From an uncultured Bacilli bacterium (lineage in GTDB: Bacteria; Bacillota_I; Bacilli_A; RF39; UBA660): a stretch of 41,359 nucleotides of DNA. The translations under genes and the position numbers were made by a program. The notes beneath the pieces were generated by a model, which saw nothing but the letters and a program-made list of their open reading frames with translations, made no database searches and was not told the DNA's origin. Positions within the stretch are counted from its first letter, which is position 1, and each line of letters begins with the position of its first letter. Positions 1 to 9,268 of the stretch are shown here, piece after piece. Location of the stretch: positions 1-41,359 of the forward strand of contig CANQQV010000014.1 in NCBI GenBank assembly GCA_947626095.1. Direction: 5' to 3'.

Positions 1-87
1 TTATTGTTATTATTGTTATTATTGTTATTATTGTTATTATTGTTATTATTGTTATTATTGTTATTATTGTTATTATTGTTATTATTA
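1..87. repeat. 9-bp tandem repeat (TTATTATTG)n encoding poly-Asn on the minus strand
   Basis: Partial unit 1-6, eight perfect units 7-78, variant TTATTATTA 79-87; 29 Asn codons inside the window. Confidence 0.95.
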
Positions 88-443
88 GAGCTATTGTTGT
101 TGTTAGATTCCTTATCACTAGAATTATTTTCGGAATTATTTTCATTATTAGACGAATCATCTTCTGGGGTCTCACTTGGAGATTCAGTTTCTTCATCTCT
201 AGTTAAAAAACCACCAGTATTCATTTCTTTTACATCATTATCTATTTGTTCAGTAAAAACCATAGCACTTTTATATTTGTTAGATGACATGGCAACACAA
301 ATACCCATTAAAGATAAGATAAGGGCAACAAAAAGAAAACTAAAGAAGATTAGTTCTAATAGCTTGGAATCTTTAAGACTTTTAAAGTAAAAGCTTTTTA
401 TTTTGTTAATAGCAGTATTAAATACTTCTTTAGCTTTTGTCAT
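1..443 (-). CDS. Membrane-anchored protein with Asn/Ser/Glu-rich linker and poly-Asn tract (partial; 3' end beyond the window). Not in the ORF track.
   Basis: ATG at 443 with AGGTGA RBS; translates MTKAKEVFNTAINKIKSFYFKSLKDSKLLELIFFSFLFVALILSLMGICVAMSSNKYK...ESNNNNSSNNNN, open to position 1; one N-terminal hydrophobic helix. Confidence 0.85.
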   Translation of the reverse strand, partial: MTKAKEVFNTAINKIKSFYFKSLKDSKLLELIFFSFLFVALILSLMGICVAMSSNKYKSAMVFTEQIDNDVKEMNTGGFLTRDEETESPSETPEDDSSNNENNSENNSSDKESNNNNSSNNNNNNNNNNNNNNNNNNNNNNNNNNNN

Positions 444-543
444 ATTATTCACCTATTATTAATTTAAGTATAAAATATCAAGATATTTTTTGCAATAAAT
501 AAGGTTTGTGCATAACACTTATTAGACAAAAAAAGAAGATAAT

Positions 544-2565
544 TTATTTATCTTCTTCATAATCACAATTGCTACAAATAATTTTTTTACCTTTATCTAG
601 TAACATGTTGTTACATTCTGGACACATTCTGTTTATTGGAATATACCAATAAGCTGTTTTACATTTAGGATAGTTACTACAACCATAGAATACTTTACCA
701 CGATGGCTTTTCTTTTCGATTATTTTACTACCACAGTTTGGACATGTTCCAACTTCTTTAACAGCAGTTTCTTCTTTTTTAATATATTTACATTCAGGAT
801 AGTTAGAACAAGCAATAAATTCACCATAACGGCCATTTCTTTTAACAAGTGGACTACCACATTCAGGGCAGTTTTCACCAGTTTGTTCAGCTTCCTTTTT
901 TTCCATGTTTTTAAAAGCATCTTCGACTAAAGGTTCAAATTTATCATAGAAATCCTTTAAAACAGTTATATTATTTATTTTGGCATCAGCAATTTCATCT
1001 AGTTCAGTTTCCATATTAGCGGTATATTCAACATTGATGATATCACTGAATCCTTCTTGTAATTTGTCAGTTGTTTCAATACCAATTTGCGTAGGGACAA
1101 ATTTTTTATCTTCCACTGTCACATATTCACGAGCTTTAATTGTTTCCATAATAGTGGCATAGGTTGAAGGTCTACCGATACCTAGTTTTTCTAATTCTTT
1201 AATTAAAGAACTTTCGGTATATCTTGGAGCTGGCTTAGTAAAGTGTTGTTCTTTAAAAACATCATCAGCTCTTAAAGTCTTAATACCAGTTAAATCTGGT
1301 AAAATAACATCTTCTGACGATTCATAATAGCCATATACTTTTAAATAGCCATCAAAGACTAAAATACTACCATTAGCTTTAAACTCATAGTCGTTATTCA
1401 TTAAAGTAACAGAAGTAGCTTTAACTTTAGCATCTGACATCAAGCAAGCGATACTACGAGCATAGATTAGACTATATAGTTTATATTCGTCAGTTGAAAG
1501 ATATTTTTTTAAACTCTCTGGTGTACGATAAGCACTGGTTACTCTTATACCTTCATGAGCATCTTGCATGTTTTCATTTTTCTTGGGCGCTTTAACGTGG
1601 CCAACGTATTTATCACCATATGTATCTTTAATATATTTAAATGTTTCATTAATAAAGACAGGACTTAATCTTTCACTATCAGTACGCATATAAGTAATTA
1701 AACCGACAGTCTCACTACCAATATCAATACCTTCATATAGTTTTTGAGCTATACGCATAGTTTTACTACTGGCAAAATTAAGTTTATTAACAGCAGTTTG
1801 TTGTAAAGTACTAGTTTTAAAAGGCATAACACCTCTTTTGGCTTTTTCTTTACTTTCAATATCAGTAATGGTAAATAATTCATCTAAAGAATCTATAACA
1901 TGATTAGCTTCTTCTTCATTTTTAAGTTCTAATTTATGACCTTTATATTTCTCAGCGGTAGCTTCCATTTGATCAAATAAAGCGGTAATTGTCCAATATT
2001 CTTCAGGAATAAAAGCATTTATTTCTCTTTCACGATCAACGATTAATTTTAAAGCCACACTTTGAACACGGCCAGCACTTTTACCACCGGTTTTAGATTG
2101 CATTAATTTGGATAACCTAAAACCAATGATACGGTCTAATATTCTTCTTGTTTCTTGACTTTTAACTAAGTCAATGTCAATATCACGAGGATTTTTAAAA
2201 GCATCAATAACAACATCTTTAGTGATTTCATTAAAGGTAACTCTTTCATAGTCCTTTTTTAAACCTAAAGCTTCTTTTAAATGCCAGCTTATTGCCTCCC
2301 CTTCACGGTCGGGGTCGGTAGCTAGATAAACTTGTTCAGCTTCTTTACTTAGTTTTTTTAATTCACTTATTACTTTGTTTTTACCCTTCATAGGAATATA
2401 TGAAGGTTTAAAGTCGTTATCGACGTCAACACCTAAGCCAAATTTACCAGTCGTAGCTAAATCTCTAATATGTCCCATACTAGCAACTACTTTATAATCA
2501 GTTCCTAAATATTTTTCAATTGTTTTACTTTTACTTGGAGATTCCACTATAACTAATTTTTTCAT
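544..2565 (-). CDS. topA: DNA topoisomerase I
   Basis: Toprim motifs LVIVESPSK, GHIRDL, LATDPDREGEAI; SAGRVQS; catalytic ITYMRTD; GIGRPSTY; C-terminal Cys zinc ribbons. Confidence 0.98.
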   Translation of the reverse strand: MKKLVIVESPSKSKTIEKYLGTDYKVVASMGHIRDLATTGKFGLGVDVDNDFKPSYIPMKGKNKVISELKKLSKEAEQVYLATDPDREGEAISWHLKEALGLKKDYERVTFNEITKDVVIDAFKNPRDIDIDLVKSQETRRILDRIIGFRLSKLMQSKTGGKSAGRVQSVALKLIVDREREINAFIPEEYWTITALFDQMEATAEKYKGHKLELKNEEEANHVIDSLDELFTITDIESKEKAKRGVMPFKTSTLQQTAVNKLNFASSKTMRIAQKLYEGIDIGSETVGLITYMRTDSERLSPVFINETFKYIKDTYGDKYVGHVKAPKKNENMQDAHEGIRVTSAYRTPESLKKYLSTDEYKLYSLIYARSIACLMSDAKVKATSVTLMNNDYEFKANGSILVFDGYLKVYGYYESSEDVILPDLTGIKTLRADDVFKEQHFTKPAPRYTESSLIKELEKLGIGRPSTYATIMETIKAREYVTVEDKKFVPTQIGIETTDKLQEGFSDIINVEYTANMETELDEIADAKINNITVLKDFYDKFEPLVEDAFKNMEKKEAEQTGENCPECGSPLVKRNGRYGEFIACSNYPECKYIKKEETAVKEVGTCPNCGSKIIEKKSHRGKVFYGCSNYPKCKTAYWYIPINRMCPECNNMLLDKGKKIICSNCDYEEDK

Positions 2566-2603
2566 ATCATGTTTCCTTTCTTTGGGACGTTAGTTAAATT
2601 AAC

Positions 2604-4700
2604 TCAACTTTCTTCAGTTTCGACAGCTTCGGCTTTATATTTTTCTTTAGCGGCTTCTAAATAATTGAAATAATCAACTTTAATAGCTAAATTAGACATT
2701 GATATTTTATCGCTAATTGTTTTATTAATTTCTTTAATTTCTTCGTCAGTATAAGTGTCATCTTTTCTAACATAAGTTATTTTACCAGTTGAAGCATTAT
2801 AGAAAGCTTTTTTATCTTTCCATGAACCATTAGCGAAGATAACACGATCTGGATATGTTTTTGAAAGTAAGTCATAACCAGCGTATAAACGTGGATCATA
2901 GTCTAAATCGAATAAGTTAGCAACTGTTGGAGTTAAATTAATGTAACTTGTATATTCATCAAATTGTTGAGATTGAATCTCTGAATTATAAATAATAAAT
3001 GGGATTCTATCAACCTCGTATTGGTATTCAACATTATAATCAAAATAGGTATTTAAAACAGAATTTTTAAGGCCATATGGATAATGATCACCATATAAAA
3101 CGATAACTGTATCATCTAGCTTACCTTGATCTTCTAGGCCATCTAATAAGGCACCTATGGCATTATCGAATTCTTTTAGTTTTGACATATACCTCTTAAG
3201 CGTTATATCATAACCAGTATCTTTGAATAAGTCAAGATATTTATTACCGTATTCGCTACTAGTAGTGTATGGTTGATGAGCGGTAACAGATGTCATCCAA
3301 ACCATAAATTTATCTTGATCTTCAATTTTTTCTAACATTTTTTCTACTAATTCGACATCACTTGGCCATTCTTTGTAAGCATTAGAAAATGGTATTTCAA
3401 GTTCTTCTACACCATAGAAATGGCTACTACCCATATTTTTATGAATTGTTGAACGATAATAATATTGTTCCGTGTAATTATGATAACTAGTTGTTGTATA
3501 ACCAGAATTATTAAATAAATTAAAGATAGCTTCTGGATATACATTTTTACGATAGTTATTAGCTGTACAACTATTATTAATCGTATATAGTGAGACCATA
3601 CCACTCATTTCGTTATTACCAGTTGAGCAAGAATTACGAGGACTATAGTTATTGGTCCATGCCCATCCTTCAGTATATAACTTATGCATATTTGGGAAGA
3701 ATCTTTCATCTAAAACAATGGTATTTGTTGATTCCATCATAATAACAATTAAGTTTTTATCTTTAAAGATACCTGTATAGTCATTACGATCAGTTATCTC
3801 TTGACTTAAGAAATAATTATTTAATCGTTTATAATTAGATTTCTTTTCGTTTTTAGCAACTTGCTCCCATAAGGTATCATCTATTCTTCTGGTGTAATCA
3901 CTGATTACTTGTTCTTGTTTGACATAACCTTCATCGTATGAACTTTCTTCTAGTTTTTCACTAGGTAATAAAAGAGATTTTACATCAACAAATAAATACA
4001 TACTAGGGCCGAATTGGCTCATAGCAATATCAGGTATATCAGGATGATTAAATAGTTGTCTAGTTGGTTCGATTTGTAATGGATTTTGCATAAAACCAGC
4101 TGATAAAGTAAAGTAATATAAAACACCAAAAACAATAGCTATAACAACAGCATTTATTTTGCTATTTATTACTCTTTTTCTTCTAGTTTTAGCAAGAATT
4201 TTATCATTAAGTTCTTTTCGTTCTTTGGAATCGAATTTTTCAGAAAAGTCAATTGCATCGTTTCTTTCAAGAACTTTAATACGATGATCAAATAAAATAT
4301 AAAATAAGATTAAAACAGCTGAAGGAATTAATATTAACCAATAATTCCAATGAAAGCTATTAATATAATCACCAATATATTCTTTAACAGCTCCTATTTG
4401 AGATGATGTACCAAATGAGATGAAAACACCAACAAAGTTTTTAAAACCGGCTTGAGCTACAGAATATATAGATAAAGCTAAAGCTGTAATAACATTTAAG
4501 ATATTACTAATTAAACGGCCAAAGAAAGAAAATATAGCCGCACATAGCAAAGAAATAACATTTATACCAATAAATGTTCTAAGTAATGTCCAATCTAAGA
4601 CGGTTAAATTAGTAACTACTCTAAAGATAATTTCTTCAGCTAATAGTGTAATTGTTAATAAAAAGTAATTTTTAAATATATTATTATAGAAAATTCTCAC
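2604..4700 (-). CDS. LTA synthase (LtaS)-like membrane sulfatase/phosphotransferase
   Basis: Multiple N-terminal TM helices; NLIVIMMES, STGNNE (Thr nucleophile), HQPY, VIVLYGDHYP, RIPFIIY. Confidence 0.85.
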   Translation of the reverse strand: MRIFYNNIFKNYFLLTITLLAEEIIFRVVTNLTVLDWTLLRTFIGINVISLLCAAIFSFFGRLISNILNVITALALSIYSVAQAGFKNFVGVFISFGTSSQIGAVKEYIGDYINSFHWNYWLILIPSAVLILFYILFDHRIKVLERNDAIDFSEKFDSKERKELNDKILAKTRRKRVINSKINAVVIAIVFGVLYYFTLSAGFMQNPLQIEPTRQLFNHPDIPDIAMSQFGPSMYLFVDVKSLLLPSEKLEESSYDEGYVKQEQVISDYTRRIDDTLWEQVAKNEKKSNYKRLNNYFLSQEITDRNDYTGIFKDKNLIVIMMESTNTIVLDERFFPNMHKLYTEGWAWTNNYSPRNSCSTGNNEMSGMVSLYTINNSCTANNYRKNVYPEAIFNLFNNSGYTTTSYHNYTEQYYYRSTIHKNMGSSHFYGVEELEIPFSNAYKEWPSDVELVEKMLEKIEDQDKFMVWMTSVTAHQPYTTSSEYGNKYLDLFKDTGYDITLKRYMSKLKEFDNAIGALLDGLEDQGKLDDTVIVLYGDHYPYGLKNSVLNTYFDYNVEYQYEVDRIPFIIYNSEIQSQQFDEYTSYINLTPTVANLFDLDYDPRLYAGYDLLSKTYPDRVIFANGSWKDKKAFYNASTGKITYVRKDDTYTDEEIKEINKTISDKISMSNLAIKVDYFNYLEAAKEKYKAEAVETEES

Positions 4701-5350
4701 TTTCTTACAACTCCTTTTGCCTCTTTAATTAAATCACTAACTGGCTTGTATGTAAACCTATAATTTTCGAGTAATCCATATTTTTTTATATTTTCTAAAT
4801 GTAATTTAGTTGGGTAGCCTTTATGTTTAGCAAAACCATATTCGGGGTATTGTTTGTCTAATTCCTCCATCATACGATCTCTGGTAACTTTAGCAATTAC
4901 GCTACCAGCAGCAATCGATAAGGATAAGGCATCACCATGGATTATATCTTGATATGGAATATCAATATTAGTTAATTTCATGGCATCGCTTAAGACAAAT
5001 TCTGGTTGGACTTTTAGGTCTTCAATTGCCAGTTTCATAGCTAAACGACTAGCTTCTAAGATGTTTATTTTATCAATTGTTTTAGCATCTACTACTCCAA
5101 CGCCAACTGCAATAGCATCCTGCATAATAATATCATAAAACTTATCTCTTTTTCTAGGTGTTAATTGCTTACTATCATTTAAACCTTCTAATTCATAATT
5201 AGGAGGAAGGATAACAGCACCAGCGACAACAGGTCCAACTAATGGCCCACGACCGGCTTCATCTACGCCAGCAATTAATTTAAAACCTTGAGCATATAGT
5301 TCTTTTTCGTATTTTAATAAATCAATTGGTTCTTTTATGACTTTTTTCAT
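4697..5350 (-). CDS. rnhB: Ribonuclease HII
   Basis: IAGVDEAGRGPLVGPVVA, LNDSKQL, IAAGSVIAKVTRD, KHKGYPT. Confidence 0.97.
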   Translation of the reverse strand: MKKVIKEPIDLLKYEKELYAQGFKLIAGVDEAGRGPLVGPVVAGAVILPPNYELEGLNDSKQLTPRKRDKFYDIIMQDAIAVGVGVVDAKTIDKINILEASRLAMKLAIEDLKVQPEFVLSDAMKLTNIDIPYQDIIHGDALSLSIAAGSVIAKVTRDRMMEELDKQYPEYGFAKHKGYPTKLHLENIKKYGLLENYRFTYKPVSDLIKEAKGVVRK

Positions 5351-5963
5351 ATTGACTAACTAACTCCTTATTAACATCCCAAGCTTTAATTTCTTCTAGA
5401 TTAATTTCAGAAGAATCAACACTACCTAACCAAGCCATTACTTCACTTGGATGATTAAATAATTGATAAGGCTTTTTATAGGTACCTTTGATGAAGATAC
5501 GGCAAAACTCATTATCAGAAGCATGAACTAAGACATTCCAACTTAAACGATCATAACCGGCAGTACAAACTAGTTTATATCTAGCGTATATTTTGTTAAA
5601 ACCGACCATATAATCTTTAGTTTTATTAATTAGTTTATCTTTACGTAAGTTATTTCGACTTGGATCTTCTAGGATACCTAATAATAGGTATTTTTTATAT
5701 AAATCATCAACGGTATTTAAGATTGTTGGTAAGTTAGTAATTATTCTAACTATTTCTTCTTCTGTACAATCAATACACTTTAAAAATAATATTAAACTAT
5801 CTAATTGTTTTAAAACAAAGCTTAAAGTACGACCATTAATTTCTTCTTTACGACCATGATCTAAGTAACTAGATATAGATTCTAAAAATTGTTTTTGCAA
5901 AGAAATATCTAGTTTTTGTAATTGTAACTTAGTATAAAATAAATCTTTAAATGCTTCGTTCAT
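5322..5963 (-). CDS. Hypothetical helical protein with an mTERF-repeat-like segment
   Basis: 213-aa ORF; ATG overlaps the rbgA stop (TAATG) and 3' end overlaps the rnhB start; segment LFLKCIDCTEEEIVRIITNLPTIL. Confidence 0.6.
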   Translation of the reverse strand: MNEAFKDLFYTKLQLQKLDISLQKQFLESISSYLDHGRKEEINGRTLSFVLKQLDSLILFLKCIDCTEEEIVRIITNLPTILNTVDDLYKKYLLLGILEDPSRNNLRKDKLINKTKDYMVGFNKIYARYKLVCTAGYDRLSWNVLVHASDNEFCRIFIKGTYKKPYQLFNHPSEVMAWLGSVDSSEINLEEIKAWDVNKELVSQYEKSHKRTN

Positions 5964-6850
5964 TAATCATCAATCCTATCAAAAGTTATTCCTTTTACTC
6001 TTTCATTTTTTATATCGTCTAAAATGGCTTTACTGACGCGATCATAATCGACTTCACCACCAGAGATAATAGCACCTATTTTACGGCCAATGTGTTCATA
6101 AACACTAACTAAATCGTCATTATCGATTTGATCTAAGTTATATCTTTCTTTTAAGATATTGTGATAATATTTATCAAGTTTATTTAAGATGTGAATAGCT
6201 ACTTTATCAACAGGTAAAACATCTTGAGGAATAGCTGCAAAGGATGATAAGTTTAAAGCTACTTCATCGTTATCTAGTTTAGGCCATAAGATACCTGGAC
6301 TATCAAGTAAAAGAATATTACTTTTAGTTTTTAACCAAGAAAGGTTTTTAGTAACGCCTGGAGTATTACCAGTTAGAGCAACTTTTTTACCGACTAAGCG
6401 ATTAATTAAGGTTGACTTACCAACATTAGGAATCCCAATTACTAAAGCATGTATTTCTTTTTTGGCTAAACCTTTATTTTCTCTTTTAGTTTGAAGATCA
6501 GTAGTAATTTGATGAGTTAAATCGATGATATTTTGAGTACTGTTATTTTCATTTAAATTAGTTAGAAAAACCGAATAGCCTTTATTTTCATAATATTTAA
6601 CCCATTTATTAGTAATACTTAAATCACATAAATCTTTTTTACTCATTATGAGGATACGAGGTTTATCTTTAAGTAATTCATCAATGTCTTTGATTTTAGA
6701 AGATAATGGACATCTAGCATCAACTACTTCATAAACAATATCTATTAAGTCATATTTTTCTTTAATTAGTCTTTTAGTTTTAGCCATATGGCCTGGATAA
6801 AAATTAATGTTTAGTTTATTTAAATTATCGCTCTTGTTTGAATTACTCAT
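5963..6850 (-). CDS. rbgA: Ribosome biogenesis GTPase RbgA/YlqF
   Basis: [46 protein letters not shown]; ATG at 6850 preferred (AGGTGA RBS). Confidence 0.96.
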   Translation of the reverse strand: MSNSNKSDNLNKLNINFYPGHMAKTKRLIKEKYDLIDIVYEVVDARCPLSSKIKDIDELLKDKPRILIMSKKDLCDLSITNKWVKYYENKGYSVFLTNLNENNSTQNIIDLTHQITTDLQTKRENKGLAKKEIHALVIGIPNVGKSTLINRLVGKKVALTGNTPGVTKNLSWLKTKSNILLLDSPGILWPKLDNDEVALNLSSFAAIPQDVLPVDKVAIHILNKLDKYYHNILKERYNLDQIDNDDLVSVYEHIGRKIGAIISGGEVDYDRVSKAILDDIKNERVKGITFDRIDD

Positions 6851-7019
6851 TGCTATCACCTCTTTCTTATTACTGTTTATAATTATACCATATTAAAATT
6901 AAATTATTAAGAAGAGAAACGTATTTTCTTATCTTTTTGGTTGAGGAAAATTAATTTTGTTACTTTTGAAGTGGGGAAAAAAGAATTATTAATTTTTTTA
7001 AATTTAGATAAAGAAAAAA

Positions 7020-7048
7020 TTGACAAATAGGAACATTTGTTTTATTAT
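7020..7048 (+). promoter_or_regulatory. Sigma-A promoter of the sortase-like gene, with a LexA-like box in the spacer
   Basis: TTGACA (7020-7025), 17 bp, TATTAT (7043-7048); GAAC-ATTT-GTTT at 7031-7042. Confidence 0.6.
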
Positions 7049-7125
7049 AACAATCAACCGTTAATTTAGGATTAGTAAAAGCATATACTAAATTGACAAT
7101 ATTAAACAATTTAGGGGGAATAAAG

Positions 7126-8115
7126 ATGAGTAAAGAGTCAACTAACTCATATATTAAGGGCATTGTGCTAATATTTTTTAGTTTTGTTATATTAGTTACT
7201 ATTGGTTTTAATTTATATGATAAGCCAATTATTAATAATGAAGCAATTAGAGAGTTTAAAAAAGCTAATATTGTTTATGCAACTTTACCTAATGTTTTTA
7301 CAGAAACTTTAGAAAGTACTAATTTTTATAAATTACCTATTAGTCTTAAAGATCTAGTTATCAAAGAAAATGAACAATATCAAATAAATGATTTTATTAA
7401 TAATATGAATATTTTACCACAAGATATTTCTTATTATTATACTTTACCAGAAATGAATTATTATAAGTTACCAGGTACTTATAAGATTCAAATAACTTTT
7501 AAAGATAAAAGAAATAATGTTATTAACAAAGAAACTAACTTAGTTATCGAAAAAGAAGAAGTTATTGAAAAGAAAGATAATACTAAAGAAGAGAAAAAAG
7601 AAGTTGTAGTAAAGAAAGAACAAGTCGTTGAAAAAAAAGAAGTTAAAACAGTAAAGAAAGAGCCAACATTAACAATTGAAGAGCGTATTTTAAATGATAG
7701 TAAAAAAATTGAAGGATATGGTCGCATCTATTTTAACAATTTATATTCAATAGCACTTTATGAACCAAGAACAACTGAAGAAGCACAATACTATGTTGAT
7801 AATAAAGACAGTGGTTCAATTATTAAATATTCTAATATTTCTTTTGTAGCTGATCATGCTAACCAAGGTTTTGATATTATAAAAAAACAAAACATTGGTA
7901 GTTATGTTTATATTAAAAAAGTGGATTATATGGGAAATATAGTTATTGATAAATATGTAGTTAGAGAAAAAATGAATGGTTATAATACGAGACGTCAATT
8001 ATTAACTAATGAAGGAATTGATGTACGTAATACAAATTATCCTTTAGCATTGTATACTTGCAATACGGCTGATGGTTATCACGTAACTATTCTGCTACTT
8101 GATAAAGCAAATTAA
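7126..8115 (+). CDS. Membrane-anchored protein: TM, Ig-like segment, Lys/Glu linker, divergent sortase-like C-terminal domain
   Basis: ATG 7126 with GGGGGA RBS; N-terminal TM; PGTYKIQITFKD; SFVADH...GF and LALYTC match the sortase His and TLxTC motifs. Confidence 0.6.
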   Translation: MSKESTNSYIKGIVLIFFSFVILVTIGFNLYDKPIINNEAIREFKKANIVYATLPNVFTETLESTNFYKLPISLKDLVIKENEQYQINDFINNMNILPQDISYYYTLPEMNYYKLPGTYKIQITFKDKRNNVINKETNLVIEKEEVIEKKDNTKEEKKEVVVKKEQVVEKKEVKTVKKEPTLTIEERILNDSKKIEGYGRIYFNNLYSIALYEPRTTEEAQYYVDNKDSGSIIKYSNISFVADHANQGFDIIKKQNIGSYVYIKKVDYMGNIVIDKYVVREKMNGYNTRRQLLTNEGIDVRNTNYPLALYTCNTADGYHVTILLLDKAN

Positions 8116-8136
8116 AAGGAATCAAATATTCCTTTT
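8114..8136. terminator. Bidirectional intrinsic terminator
   Basis: AAAAGGAAT-caaat-ATTCCTTTT between convergent genes. Confidence 0.75.
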
Positions 8137-8137
8137 T

Positions 8138-8719
8138 TTAATTAACATTACCAAATCTTTTGAAAGGATATAAAATTAGATGCGTTGTACCTTTGATTTG
8201 TTCTCTTTTAACTGGACCAATCATACGGCTGTCAGATGAGTTACTACGATTATCTCCCATAACAAAGTATTCATCATCCCCTAGCTCATATTCGAATTCA
8301 GCATTTTCAGAGGCACAGGTATTACCTTTACTATACTCTTCTTCTTGAAGGTGATAGTTAACGTATATTTTATTGTCTTCACATTTGATTTTTTCTCCAG
8401 GTAAAGCAATTACTCTTTTGATTATTGGTTCGGTTTTAGTCTCAACGACAACAATATTAAAACGTTTAATTTCAGCTCTTTTATTTAGAATCATAATATC
8501 GCCATCTTGTAAAGTATCATTCATACTTGGACCACTAACCATAATAGGTGTTATTAAATATGTTCTAATAAGAATTACAACAATTAAAATAATAATATAA
8601 GGAATTAAGTCTTTAATAACTTTAAGAAGTTTAGAAGTTTCTTTTGGAGTAGATGTTGTTTCTCCTTCAACTTTTTTTTCGACAGCTTTTTCTTCGATTT
8701 GTTTATTATCTTTTTTCAT
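8138..8719 (-). CDS. lepB: Signal peptidase I
   Basis: VSGPSMNDTL (Ser), IIKRVIALPGE (Lys), YFVMGDNRSNSSDSR; ATG 8719 with GGTGA RBS. Confidence 0.95.
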   Translation of the reverse strand: MKKDNKQIEEKAVEKKVEGETTSTPKETSKLLKVIKDLIPYIIILIVVILIRTYLITPIMVSGPSMNDTLQDGDIMILNKRAEIKRFNIVVVETKTEPIIKRVIALPGEKIKCEDNKIYVNYHLQEEEYSKGNTCASENAEFEYELGDDEYFVMGDNRSNSSDSRMIGPVKREQIKGTTHLILYPFKRFGNVN

Positions 8720-8796
8720 GAAATCACCATAGTTAATTATACCATTTTTAAAGATGATATAAAAGTATATATTGATAGACAAAGAAAAAAGAAAGA

Positions 8797-9138
8797 TTAA
8801 TTTCTTTCTTTTACTTTGTATTCTTTCTTCATTCCTTTTAAGAAGTTTAGTTTTGCTCTTCTTACAACACCCTTCTTAACTACTACTATTTTATCAATAG
8901 TTGGTGAGTTAACTGGGAAAACTCTTGTTACACCAATACCATAAGATTTTTTACGTACTGAGAAAGTTTCAGAAACGCTTCCACCTTTTTTAGCAACTAC
9001 TAGGCCTTCAAAAGCTTGGATTCTTTCTTTCTTACCTTCTTTTACCCATACGTCTACTCTAACAGTATCGCCAACACGGAATTCAGGAATGTCTTTTCTT
9101 ACATGCTTCTCATTAATTTTATCGACTAAATTAGCCAT
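8797..9138 (-). CDS. rplS: 50S ribosomal protein L19
   Basis: PEFRVGDTVRV, KERIQAFEG, ETFSVRK, VRRAKL. Confidence 0.98.
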   Translation of the reverse strand: MANLVDKINEKHVRKDIPEFRVGDTVRVDVWVKEGKKERIQAFEGLVVAKKGGSVSETFSVRKKSYGIGVTRVFPVNSPTIDKIVVVKKGVVRRAKLNFLKGMKKEYKVKERN

Positions 9139-9220
9139 CTTTAAACATCCTTTCCATAACTATATTTACTTACCGGAAAATCATAAATTAAGGATTCAGC
9201 GGATTTTCTTCCTTGAAGCA
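9139..9220 (-). promoter_or_regulatory. Structured rplS 5' leader, possibly L19-leader-like
   Basis: GAAAAUC/GAUUUUC stem enclosing CGCUG; UCCGCUG recalls the Firmicute L19 leader. Confidence 0.4.
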
Positions 9221-9226
9221 ATTAAG

Positions 9227-9255
9227 ATTATAGCAAAAAAAAGATAAATATGCAA
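9227..9255 (-). promoter_or_regulatory. Sigma-A promoter of rplS
   Basis: TTGCAT, 17 bp, TATAAT with extended TG. Confidence 0.75.
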
Positions 9256-9268
9256 GAATATCTTATAT

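Noticed and set aside
4-390. Plus-strand poly-Leu ORF
   Set aside because: Antisense shadow of the minus-strand poly-Asn gene, which has a proper ATG and RBS at 443
2604-4700. Mollicute genetic code (TGA = Trp)
   Set aside because: TGA ends genes at sensible positions (e.g. rnhB, rimM overlaps) and long ORFs are intact under the standard code
6960-7163. 67-aa minus-strand ORF
   Set aside because: Overlaps the promoter and start of the sortase-like gene; no convincing RBS or motif
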